Origin: Guillardia theta CCMP2712
Taxonomy: Eukaryota > Protista > Cryptophyta
Direction of reading: 5' to 3'
DNA length: 48,172 bases
Assembly: GCF_000315625.1 (NCBI RefSeq)
Contig: NW_005434541.1
Location: 1-48,172 of the forward strand
In this document: positions 1 to 11,519 of the stretch, in pieces
Numbering within the stretch: position 1 is the stretch's first letter
Layout of the letters: each line of letters opens with the position of its first letter
The notes under the pieces: generated by a model
What the model saw: only the letters and a program-made list of their open reading frames with translations
Databases searched by the model: none
What the model was told of the DNA's origin: nothing
Program-made: the position numbers and the translations under genes

Positions 1-3000
1 GAACGGAGGGATGGAACGAAGTGGGGGTGGAGAGATGAGGATGGAGGAGGGGGAGGGGAAGAGAGAGAATCCAGAATGAAATACAACCTGCGAAGGAGTG
101 GTCGTTCCTCCTCGAGCATGTACCACTTGTCCAGGATCTTGATCATCGGTGTCAGGGGAAGCAGAGAGTAGGGAGGAAGAAGGGGACAAGAAATGAGGAA
201 GGGGAGGAAGGGGAGGGAGAGGAGGAGGAGGAAGAGGAGTGGGGAGGGAGAGGGAGAGGAGAGGGAGAGGATGGTGAGTACGGGATGATGATGATGAGGA
301 GGAGGAGCAGGGAGAATGCATGAGAGTGTCTCACTTGCGTGTCGTCCTCCTCCTGGGCTGCCGGCTTGATCTCGTTTCCCCGTCTGAGTTGCTCTCCAGA
401 CTGTCTGGTGGCGGGACAAGAGATAAGGAGGAGGAGAGCAGCAGCCAAAAAGATATGATTTCAGGTTACAACCTACCCCTACAGAGAGAGAGAACGAGGA
501 GAGCGAGAGCTGAGGAGAGGAAGGGAGGAGGGAAGGAACGTCGAGCTGAAGGAGGAGGTAGGGAGGAGGGAAGGAACGTCGAGCTGAAGGAGGAGGTAGG
601 GAGGACGGAAGGAACGTCGAGCTGAAGGAGGAGGAAGGGAGGAGGGAAGGAACGTCGAGCTGAAGGAGGAGGTAGGTGGGATGTTGGAAAGGAGGAGAGA
701 GGGAGGGACAAGGGACCGACCGTTTGCCTTCTTGTCTTCTTTGGCTTTCATCTGGAGATGCTGCTTCAAAGCAATGGCCGTGATGACTGGAGGAAAGGAA
801 CGAGCGTGAGGAACAGGAGGGCATCGCGAGGAGGAGGAAGGTGAGGAGGAGGAGGGAGAGGAGGAGAAAGGCAGAGGTGCTGCAAAGAAATCCAAAGTAG
901 GCGAGGACGAGGTGAACTGAGGACGAGGGTGAGGTGAGGAGGAGGGTTGGATGGGAGGAATAGAAGGTACGCAGGAGGCGGAGTGAAAGGAGCACGAAAC
1001 AAGTCACTTCACCGTCACTAAGGTGGACGACAACTCTGCCCATAAACGCGTCTGCCTGATCTTCGTTGTTCTCGCCCCACCCGTAATCCTTGTCCTTGAT
1101 AGTGACCTGGAGGAACCAAGACTCCTGTGAGTAGGAGGAGAGGCTGACGGGGAGAGGAGGAGGGAGAGAGAGATGGTCTAAGGACGACTAAGTTGCGGTA
1201 TCGAAACTGCTGTCGGAGACGAGCGGGAAGCAACGAAGCAATCAAGGACGTGAGCAGAGAACGATATGACAGGCGGAGAGGAGAGTGCTAGGAGAAGAGT
1301 ATGGCGAGTATAAGGTGAAAGAGGAGCAACATTAGCAGGAAGTGCCTGGAGGAGGAGGAAGGGAGGCGGGGAGGAGGAGAGGAGGAGGAGAGGAGGAGCC
1401 ACCTGAAGAGACTGGTTCATGCTTGTCACTCCGTAAGAGAAAGTCTCGTTGAAGTTGGGGTCGAGCGTGTAGGGTTTGATCTGTGCAGGTGATGAGGAAG
1501 AGTAACTCGCTGGTAGAGGGCAGACTTCGGTCTTGAGGGGTGGGACAGGACAGCCCAGGAGAGAGACTTCGGCAAAAGGCCTGGCAGAGAAAGCGTGAGT
1601 GAGTTTCACAGGGTAGCAACGGAGGAAAACGAGGGGAGGAGAGCAGGATGGTAGGGAAAGGAAGAGGAGAGAAAGAGGTGGGGGTGATGCGGTGGAGATA
1701 GCTAGCAGCGGTAGCAGACGCCAGAGCATTGGTAGTGGAAGTGTTGGTTGGAGGAGGAAGGAATGTGACCGGGACGAGAATAAGGAGTAAAAGGAGAGGA
1801 GGCGGGGAGGGGGGGAGGAGGAGGAGCAAACGTCAGGGCTGTACACCTGTCGCGAGCATCCCAAGCCCAGAATGGTACCTCCGACCCTGTCAAAGAGGTT
1901 TTACTTCAACGTTTCCTCCTCCTCTCCTCTCTTCACGTGTTCTTCCCGCTCGGTCTGTTCGTCAGGTTTTGGCTTCCACCACAGTGACGTCCAACTCGCC
2001 GCTGGTGGATAAGAGTGAGAAATCAAACATGGGGAGGCAGCAAGAAGAGACGAGGGAGAAGAAAAATGAAGAATCTGGGAGAAGAGGGAGGGAGGAAGGG
2101 AGGGAGGGAGGGGAAAAGAGGAGGGTGAATGGAAGAAGTGGGAGTAGGGAGGGAAGGAGGAAGAAGAGGGAGAGAGGAGGAGGAGGGAGAGAAGAGGAGG
2201 GAGTAGGGACGAGGGAGTAGGGAGGAGGACGAGGAAGTAGGGAGGAGGACGAGGGAGTAGGAAGGAGGAGGAGGCAAGAGAGAAGAGGACCAAGAAATGG
2301 AGAAAGACAGAGGGGAAGGGAGGGTGGCAATAGAAGGGCATGAGACTCATTCATCGCCCACCAGAGTGGCCCGTAAGTCTCCCACAGGTAAGGGATGATG
2401 TCGCTGGTGTGCACAATGGAGTCTGAGCCATGACCTCAGGAGACTCGACACGACAGGACGAGCACGTGGAGAAACCTGTGTTCGGGTCGACAAGCAGCGG
2501 CAGGTCGCACTTCCCCCCCTTCTGCTGAGCCTCACACCTCCAACGACCCTGCCGTGCGAGGTCAGCGGGCCTACGGCACGTAGCAGCGCGGAGGACGTGC
2601 CTCCCGGAAGACGGTGTCGCCAAAGTCTGTGACCTGCTCCCTGGGGCAGGGGTAGCAGATGTAATCAAGGTCTAGCACGCTCATCACTTCACGGATCTGC
2701 CTGCACACGTCCGAGTTCTGCGGCAGGGTGAGGTTTCCATCCCCAGAAGCCGCCCTCCTCCACCTCGAACTCATAGAGCCGCAGCAGAAACCTCGGTCTG
2801 TATGCTGCTAGGACGTCTTTGTGGATTCGGTCCCCAAAGTTGAACCGCAGCTTGCTGGCTAGACTGGATGAGATCCTTGATGGGGAGCAGAGATCATCAG
2901 CAAAGAAGGACAGGTGGAGCAGGTTCACCGGTCCATGGTCTCTCGGAGGAACGGGACAGCATAGTAGAACCCGTACCTTTGGAAATCGTGAGCATGTTCT

Positions 3001-3352
3001 CAAGGGCCCACTCGATGAAAACCATCTTGCAAAGATGACCCGCACGATCGGCAGCATGCGCGGAAACAGCTCCTGCAGAAAGAAGCCACAAGTCAATCAG
3101 GTGTGAAGTTTGAGCTTGGAGAAGCACTCCTTGAGTATCATCTAGCGCAATCAATCCTTGTACAAGTAGCACCATCTTCAAAGTTCCATGTTGAAATTAC
3201 TCTTCAATCATGTTGTTCGCCTCTTGTCGCCATTGAGCAACGGCTTCTGACTCACTACTGCCGATGTTCATACTTACCCTCCTCCTCCTCCTCCTCCTCT
3301 CCCTCCTCTTGCCTTCCCCCACCACTTTTGACTCCCTCTCCTCCTCTGCCAT
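1..3352 (-). CDS. Multi-exon gene: GST N-terminal/glutaredoxin-like domain fused to a C2 domain; runs off the left edge
   Basis: Spliced exons read LLRLYEFE|NSDVCRQIREVMSVLDLDYICYPCPRE..KGGKCDLPLLVDPNT..TSDIIPYLWETYG, matching the GST_N-like pattern LYEFE.CPFCRKVRE..LDL...YPCP..GGK..P.LVDPNTG..ESDDII.YL..YG. These are followed by C2 exons GELDVTVVEAK / PFAEV / TLDPNFNETFSY / VTIKDKD / DAFMGRVVVHL / ILDKWYML. Example intron 2718-2763. The ATG at 3352 is tentative. There is a frame disruption at about 1962-1970. Confidence 0.75.
507..678. repeat. Minisatellite, 38-bp unit GAGCTGAAGGAGGAGGTAGGGAGGAGGGAAGGAACGTC, about 4.5 copies, probably intronic
   Basis: Directly visible head-to-tail copies with a few substitutions and no spacers. 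Confidence 0.9.
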
Positions 3353-3419
3353 GGCGGCACATTTTGACGGGTTTCCGATTCGACGCTTTGACTAAAACCT
3401 TTACTCAATTTTGAAGTAA

Positions 3420-3920
3420 CTCTTAGTCACTCAGTGACGGCGCCGCAGGGGGGCAACTTGGGGCCGCCGGGGCCCGGGCCGGGCGCCGCGGCCGCCGCGA
3501 TCAGGAATCCCTCGATTCAATCGGTGATAGAATCGGAGGAGGCTACAGCGGCCATCCTGGCATCATTGTTTAAAACTCGGAACCGTTCAGTACGAGTGGA
3601 GAGTACTTCAGTGGCTGAAAATAGAGGCTGCCTTGACCCTGACCTGAGTCAGTCCTTTGACACTGTCCGGCGCCGCCCGCCGCCGCCGCTGTGACTGCGG
3701 CACTGCACTGAGCCAGGCCATACGGCGAGACTCGTGCCTCAGGCCGCAGCCTCCGAACTCGGAACTCGGCCGAAAAGACAGAGAGAGCCAACCCGGCTTA
3801 TCTGCCGACTGCTGTCCCCCAAACTTAACTAATAATACCTTCACTGGCTGTGACTTCCGGACCGTACCGTACTCATTCAGCTATTCTGGTACGGTGGCAT
3901 TGAGGGTAGTAGAGTAGTCA
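3420..3920. promoter_or_regulatory. CpG/palindrome-rich intergenic island between divergent genes
   Basis: GGGCCC, CCCGGG, GGCGCC and GCGGCCGC clusters with TGACT/AGTCA and CCGTAC motifs, just upstream of the ATG at 3352. Confidence 0.5.
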
Positions 3921-3924
3921 CTGA

Positions 3925-4700
3925 CACCGGGGTACTCCAGCCTACCCTGTAGGGGTCGTGATTAGGCACTGCGGGCAGATGGTTGGGTACTATCCGGGGG
4001 TGACCGTAGTGGGGAGGGTGGGTGGCCCCCGGTGATCAGCAACCGAACTGATGCGTCGGGACTCACCATGCAATATTTTTACTTACTTGCACTGGGGTAA
4101 TTTGAGTAAAAAGATATCATTGTGGGGGTCATGACGACCCTCGGAGATAGTCCGACGTGGGGTGGTCAAGTGGTTGTAAAGTGAGGTACGGTACAGTGTT
4201 GGTCGGTAGGGGCCTGGGGTGGGGTGCCCCGGGGTGCCGGGGACGGGTGGTGCTGTCAAAGAGAGCAGCCAATCAGTTGACTTTGCAAGTAGGGTGGGGG
4301 TGACCAGGATGCATCTTGGTGGTAGGGGTGGTCTGATTTTTAACTTTGGAGTGACTCCGGGCAGTGATGTAGACAGGGTGGGTAGCATAAAAGATAGGCT
4401 TGAAATTGAGGGTCCGGGTATGACAGTACCCCTGCATCATAGACTAAGTTTGATGGTGTATGGGGGGTCATGGCTGCTCTCGAGCTGCATCGTGGGGGGT
4501 AGGGTTGGGACATTTTTTAAGTTTGATTGTGCAAGGACAGCTGGGAGGTAGGGGTAGTCAATAGTAGGGGTCACTGCGTTAATTTCAGGCAGTGGGTAGG
4601 GGTCATTGACTACATTTCTTGACTCTATGAAGTGGGGGGGGGAGCTGGTACATGTTATAGAGGGGGGGTAGGGGGTAGAGGGTGGGGGGTAGGGAATGTG
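3925..4700. promoter_or_regulatory. GGGTA/GGGGT-rich tract upstream of the channel gene
   Basis: Dense GGGTA, GGGTAG and GGGGT words, strongly G-skewed on the + strand, with no credible coding frame. Confidence 0.4.
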
Positions 4701-5390
4701 GTTTGCCGATGACTGTCACTGTCAATGGCGGTTGAAACCGACCGGAGGATGTGTTCCTCCGGGGAGAGGGAGGGAGGAAGTGAGAGAGATGGGGAGAAGA
4801 AGAGGACAAGAGATGAGGGATGCTTCAAAAGAGAGATGGATGGAAGGAGAACGTCCAGAGGGCCATGATGGGCAACTTAGTCAAGGGCAAGAGTTGAGAC
4901 GAGACTTGGTCAAGCGGAAGAGTAGTGTTGATGGAGCGAGTGCCTGGTTTGGTCCCGAGTGAAGAGGATATCGTTTGAAAGGACACTTGGCAATGGTGGA
5001 AAGAGCTTCTAGTCTCAGATTGCATGCAAGGACGATTTGGCGAACGGCCCATCAATCTTTTGTCACGGCTGGCAGGAAGGAAGGGACTAGTATATAGGGA
5101 AGTAAGCAGCAAGGAATTGAGTTTAGCGAACTTGTAAAGTATAGAATGCATATTACCAGGACGATGATGTAGTGAATCAAAACTTTTTGATGGGAATCTT
5201 GGGTGAAGGTGGTTGAATCTTTCACTCTCTCCCTGACTGTTACATCGCAGAAGCTGATCAAAGTGTTGCTTGGCTTCGCAGGCCAAAGTTCGACGCATTC
5301 TCTATCATGTTGTTGAAACATATCTGACCCAAGGGGAAACTGTGAGCTTGCCATGAATTTCAATGGCTGCTTGGTTGAAACCCATATCAT

Positions 5391-8300
5391 TTGGATGTTT
5401 TGAAAGGTGGCCTGAATCCGAATCCATCAATCATGGACGAAGCTTCGTCCATCTCTAACGCCAACACCATTGCGGGCAATGGAGTAGTTGACGAGGAGGC
5501 AAAGAAACCTGATTCTAAGAGGAGGAATTCAAAGCTCAAGCCTCTCCCTCCACCACTCCGTGAAAGGAAACGAGCTGTGATGATCAGACTTCAACCTCGG
5601 AACCTTGTGAAGCATGGCTTGATTCCGGAAATTTCCTGGCTCAAGTATTACCATAATGAGAATCAGCTCGAGGTCCAGTTGATAGACAAAGGGAATCGCT
5701 ATGTTTGTCAAGACGGCGAGGTTCGCGATTTCAAGAGCTTCAGGGACGTCTCGAAGGCACAGTTCGCTGATGAGCTGGGCCTAGAGGAGATGAAGGACGT
5801 GTGGTTTATCAGTGAATTGCAAGGTGCTCCAGGACGAAGCTTGAGAGAGCTAGAAGCTCAGCTTGACAGCATGAGCTCTTCACGTTTGGAGGACGAATGT
5901 TCCGGTGATGAGGCTTATGGAACTCCTTCACAGAATGAGACGCGGCGGTCGTCTTCTGTGACAGAGACGACGAGGACATGCAAACCCGACATCTCAGCCA
6001 AGTCTCATGCCGCACCCCAGAATTGGGGGAAGAGCAAATTTCAAAACATACAAGGCAAGAAGTACCGACGAAGGAGTCAGAATTTCACAACTGTGATACA
6101 TCCGGAAAGAACCTACGCCAAGCGATCCTTGTTTATCTTTGATTTGAATAATCCACTGAGAAGGGCGATCATCTCAGGCATTGAATCTCCTTGGTGGGAT
6201 AGATGCGTCCTTTCGGTCATCTTTCTCAACACCTTTTTCCTCGCCATGTACGATCCCTTCGATACTCCAGACTGGCGAGAGTGCGAGCTCGGAATCACCG
6301 ACCCTTATGGATATTGTAGTTGGCACAATGAGACATGGAGGCTGGCTCCAGCTGCGGGGTCTATGCTACTGTCGGGAAAGTCATGGCCACCTTTCCATCG
6401 AGACTTCTTGGATTTCTCATCCAAGATCTTCTCGGCTTTCTTCATCCTGGAATTCGTTGCCAAGATCATTGCCCTTGGGTTTATGGTGGGACCCAACACT
6501 TATCTACGAGATGCCTGGAACTGGTTGGACCTTTTGGTTGTCATCATCGGATGCCTGGACTTCATGCCTTCCTCCAACGGAAATTCGACGTCCAACTTGA
6601 GCGCCCTTCGTTCACTGAGACTTCTTCGGCCTCTGAGGGCGATCAACAGGCTTGAAGAGCTCAAATTCTTCGTGGTCCTCGTGTTTAAGGCGGTTCCCAT
6701 GCTGATGAACGTCTTGCTGATCTGTGCTGTGCTGTTTCTACTCTTTGGAATTCTCGGCCTGGACTTGTATCAAGGTCTGAAACCATACTTCCTCGTGCTT
6801 TGCTTGTTGATAACTCGTTCGGACCGCAGGCGTCTTGAGGGGGAGGTGCTACGACATCGAAACAGGGATTCCAGGACAAGATGTATGCTCCAAGGGTCGA
6901 ATGGTGAACGAGGAGACATACTTCTGGATCACCAAGGGGATGGACGTGACATCTTCGAGTCACGTTGGGGGGATGTTCCTGTGCCATGCAGGTGAGGAAT
7001 GTCTCCTCCTTGGACAAAACCTCGGCCGGGGTTTGATCCACTTCGACGACATCGGTGAGCTGGAGCTGCTGTGTGCCGTTTGCAGCCTCGTCCTGACTCC
7101 CTCCTCTCCTGCAGGGCACTCGCTGCTTGCGATCTTTCAAATCGTCACTCTAGAGGGCTGGGCTGACATCTGCTATGCTTTGCAGGATGCTGCCGGTTTC
7201 TGGAACTTTATATACTTCCTTGCATTGATCTGCCTTGGATCTTTCTTTGCTGTCCAGCTGTTCTTGGTCGTTATCTCAAACCAGTATGCCTTCTTGATGG
7301 AACATCAACAGAAGAAACTCCCTGCGGATTCTGGAAAATCCAGCATTCTCGAGGTAAAGCGTCCTTCACTGCAAAGATCAGGGTCACTCAGCAATGTGTT
7401 GGCATCTGATCCAAAGAGGCTTGACGGTTTTGCGAGATGGAAGTTTGTCATGAAGACTTTCGTCAAGTCGGAGCTATTCGTCAACTTCATCCTCCTCGTC
7501 ATCTTCTGCAACACCATCAGCATGGCGCTCGACGGCATCTGTGAGTTCGAAACTCACTCCTGGTGTGCTCCAATGAAGGCCAGCATGGAGATCGCAAACA
7601 TTGTCTTCACCTTTATCTTTGCTCTCGAGATGTTTCTCAAGGTCACCTTGCTCGGGCCCCAGAGATACTTCGGAGTCGCCACTAACGTCTTCGACTTCAT
7701 CATCGTCGTCCTTAGCTTCCTCGAGGTCTTCAGCGGAGGTTTTGCAAACGTCTACAAGTGTTACACCACGTCCCCGACCGAGGCAGACTTGAATGTAACC
7801 CTGTACTTGCCCACCAGCGTGAGCCAGGCCTTCCTCTCCGACGATGACATGGCTGCCCTTAGTTTTGACAAGGTGATCAGGTCAGATGAGGGAGACCTCA
7901 AAGTCAACCCATGGTTCTACTACACGTGCGGGAGTGGGAGTTTCGTCTCTCTGCTAAGGGCGCTAAGGCTCTTCCGCCTGGTGAAGCTGCTCAGCGCCTT
8001 CCCGGAGCTGCAGAAACAAGTCATGATCCTGGGCGAGGTGGTGAAGTCAGTGTTCGCTCTTATCCTCCTCATGGCCTTCTTCCTCATTATCTTCATGATC
8101 CTTGGCATGAATCTCTTCGGCGGCCTCATCACCACAGAGTGGGACGCGTCCTCCTTGCAGAAGGGCCAGGAGGTCTTCGTGACTTTCGCCAACGACTCCA
8201 ACGGCGGCATCGCCCGCCATGGCATCATCTACCAGTTCAAGGGAACCGACCCGGTAGCTCCGTGGAAGGTGAAGATCGAGTTTGCAGATGTGGAGCCGGC

Positions 8301-11300
8301 GATAAACAGGTCGGTTGGAGGGCTGCTGGACAAGGACGGGATGGCCTGGTGCTCGACCCTGGACGATGCATCGGGAGCCGTGCCGTACATCTCCAGCATC
8401 GTCCCGAGATTTCACTACAACAACCTCGGCCAGGCGTTTATCACCTCCTTCCAGGTGCTGACGATCGCCAACTGGAACGATGACCTGTACGACACCACAG
8501 CGAGCGCGGGAGGCAACAGCGCAGTGTTCTTCTGCATGATCGTCATCGTCGGCAACTGGGTCATCTTCAACCTCTTCGTCGCTATCCTCATCTCCAAGTT
8601 CATGGACTCCAAGGCGGAGAACCTCAAGAAGAACATGAGGGACATGGAGAAGGCCTTCCAGGACGTGTTTGCAGACCTCAATGAGGAGGACCTCGTGAGG
8701 TTCGTGGAGAAAGTCTTCACATCTCTCGACGTTGACTCCTCCGGCGTGATCGACATCTACGAGCTGAGACACGCTCTGGGGAAGCTGGGGATGCAGCTGG
8801 ACATCTCCTCGGTACGCGATCTCCTCCGTGAGTTTGACCACGATGGCAGTGGAGGAATCTCGTTCCAGGAGTTCCTGGTGCTCATCAAGTCGCAACTTGA
8901 CAAGATAGCGAGCAAGGACACGAGGGAGAAGCTGAGAGACTCGGGGAAGAGCTTCCGGTCGGAGGAGCTTGAGTTCATCGGGAGGGTGGAGGTGCATTCC
9001 AACGAGGAGGAGGAAGAGCGAGGGACGGTGAAGGGCCTGAAGCAGGCGATCGAGCATCCCTTCTTCGACAGGTTCATCCTCGTTTGTATCGTGCTCAGCA
9101 CTGTCACGCTATCGCTCGACAACAAGTACATCCCGGAGGGCAGCAGCATGGGAAGGTTTCTCTCGGGGACCGAGATCTTCCTCAACCTCGTCTTTACCAT
9201 GGAGATGATCGTCAAGATCCTCGCCTGCTCGTTCAGGTCCTACTTCGCATCTTCTTGGAACCGTCTCGACATGTTCATCGTCATCACCAGCGACCTTGAT
9301 ATGATCCTGACGCTCGTGCATGTCGAGCAGTCGCTCAGCCTCTTCAAGTCTCTGCGAGCCTTCCGTCCTCTCGCAAGGATTCACGGTCTTCGTATTCTCC
9401 TCGAAGCCATGTTCCTCGCTGTCGCTCCTGTCATCAACACCGGCGCCATCGCCGTTGCCTCCTGCCTCCTCCTCGGCATCCTCGGCCTCCAGCTGCTCGG
9501 CTCCCAGCTGGGCTACTGCAGCGACGCGGCAGTATGGAGCAAGCTACAGTGCGACGGGATAGATGATGGGGGGAGCCCGAGGAAGTGGGAGAGCTACGTG
9601 ATGAACTTTGACAACCTCGGGCAGGCCGTCCTGACGCAGCTGATGATCGCAAGCCAGGACGACTGGCCGAGCCACATGCTCGCCGGGGTTGACTCGACGG
9701 GCAAGGTGACGGGACCCCAGCAGAACACCAGCATGTCTCTTGTTGTCTTCTACCTCATCTCCTTCCTCGTCACGAGCTCGGTGATCGTCAACATGTTCGT
9801 TGCCGTGTGTGTGGACTGCTACAACACGACGCTGGTGGCTGACGGGACCAGCCAAGTGGAGGAAGAGAGAGAGAAGCTGTGCGAAGGCCGGATCAGCGAC
9901 ACTCCGGCCCAGTCCATGGCCCTCTCGATCATCACGAGCGTCCCGTTCGAGATCCTCATGAACGTGCTAACTGTCGTCCAGATCTGCTGCATGATGCTCG
10001 GGAGCTGGAAGCAGTCTGAGGCCCAGCACCAGGTCGACGTGTACAGCAACTTCTTCTTCACCTTCTTCTTCGGCGCCGAGTGCATCCTCAAGTTCGTAGC
10101 CCTCTCTCCTCGCCGCTACTTCAAGGGATGGGAGAATCGCCTCGACTATTTCATTGTGGTCTCCAGCTTCGTCTCCACCTCCGTGGAGGCCGTTGGGAAC
10201 CTGCTGAACCCTGCTCTCCTGCGATCCGTCCGCCTCATCCGCCTCGTCCGCATCCTCCGCATCCTCCGCATCCTCCGAAGCGTCAACGGCCCGCAGGAGA
10301 TCCTCTCTGCCATCGCCGGATCGACTGCCTCCATCCTGAACCTGCTCGTCCTCATAGGCGTGCTGTTCTTCATCTATGCTGTCATAGGTGTCGACGTCTT
10401 CGGCGGCCTCTGCGTCGATGGTGATCAGAACTCTGCCGGACTGCGAGCGGTGCGGTGCCTCATGACCAGCGAGGACCGCCTGCTCGATCGCCATGCGCAC
10501 TTCCAGGGTATGGGAATGGCCTTGCTCACGCTCCTCCGCACAGCGACGGGGGACGCGTGGGGGGAGGTGATGGGGAGTCTTTCCCTCACGGCATCTCGCC
10601 GTGAGCCCATGGCTGCTGACGTCTGGCTGGAGGTGACCCGAGCTCTCTCGCCGCAAACATCCAACATCACCGCTCTCACCTCCTCGTCCTCCTCGTCCTC
10701 CTCGTCCTCCTCCTCGTTATCTCGCCGGAGTCACGGGCGACTGGTTCGGGATACTGTCATGGGGCCTCGGCGGGGAGAGGAGGAGCAAGAAGCGGCTCGG
10801 ATCCTCGCCCTGGGCCCGGAGTTCCCTGGAGTCTCCATGGCTGTGGCCAAGTTCGCACTCCAGCAGTGGCTTGCGAGCGTCGAGGGGCAGCAGGAGACGC
10901 ATGACTGGCCGCTGCCGACGCCGGAGGCCGAGCAGTGGGTCCAGCTGGCAAGGATGGCGTTGCCCAACTGTCTGACAGGAGCGGAGATGAAGAACCTGAG
11001 CGAGGCCGGGCTGGCCGACTGCTCCATCCCGGGCCACTTCCACTCGTCCGGCTCGCTCGATTGCCCGTCGACGTGCGGGCTGCCACTGCTGTGGTGCTCT
11101 GTCTTCCTGTACTCCTTCTTCGGACTGTCGGCCTACGTGATGCTGCAGCTGGTGATCGGCGTGTTGATGGACCAGCTCTCTGCTCGGCAAACGGAGGAGA
11201 AGTTGATGGGGGCCCGGCACGTGCCGGGCCGGGAGGAGCTGACCATCGCTGTCCTGCAGAGGATGTATCGCAGGTGGCTGTGGAGATTGAAGGAGGAGGA

Positions 11301-11352
11301 GAAGAGGCAGAGTCAGCAGCAGAGGAGGATGAGCATGATGTCATGGAGCTGA
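5391..11352 (+). CDS. Four-domain (4x6TM) voltage-gated Ca2+/Na+-type cation channel alpha subunit with an internal EF-hand pair
   Basis: Four repeats with WNxLD/FD-type S3 motifs and Arg-rich S4 segments (LRSLRLLRPLR; LRALRLFRLVK; FKSLRAFRPLAR; RSVRLIRLVRILRILRILR). P-loops are TLEGW, TIANW, SQDDW and TGDAW; S6 segments include NLFVAIL and NMFVAV. Introns at 6775-6829 (joins the two long ORFs) and 7055-7114. The 5' end is uncertain (track start is TTG; first in-frame ATG at 5433; possible upstream exons from about 4.8 kb). Confidence 0.95.
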
Positions 11353-11519
11353 TGAGCGAGCATGATGGAGAAGGAGAACGAGCGATGAGTTTTGAGGGAC
11401 CAGGGTCCAAGGTGTACAGATGGCACGACAAGCATGTAAATCTAAGAATCTATCAAGTTTAAAATGAAGTTACAACAAGTTTCATACAGACTCCCAATCT
11501 AAGTGTTCCCCACAACCTG

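Noticed and set aside
507-678. 38-bp repeat as a CRISPR array or coding repeat
   Set aside because: No spacers, the unit is not a multiple of 3, and it lies in purine-rich intron-like sequence.
1962-1964. In-frame TGA as selenocysteine
   Set aside because: The position corresponds to the AKNL stretch of a C2 domain rather than a redox site, no SECIS could be identified, and a one-base indel explains it more simply.
3434-4551. ORFs within GC islands and G-rich tracts (also 32.5-33.0, 40.2-41.0 and 42.4-43.7 kb)
   Set aside because: Ala/Arg/Pro/Gly-rich translations that follow from stop-codon scarcity, with no domain signal.
8047-11431. Long antisense ORFs opposite the channel (also 26125-27291 opposite AHI1)
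   Set aside because: Expected shadow ORFs of GC3-rich coding sequence with no independent motifs.
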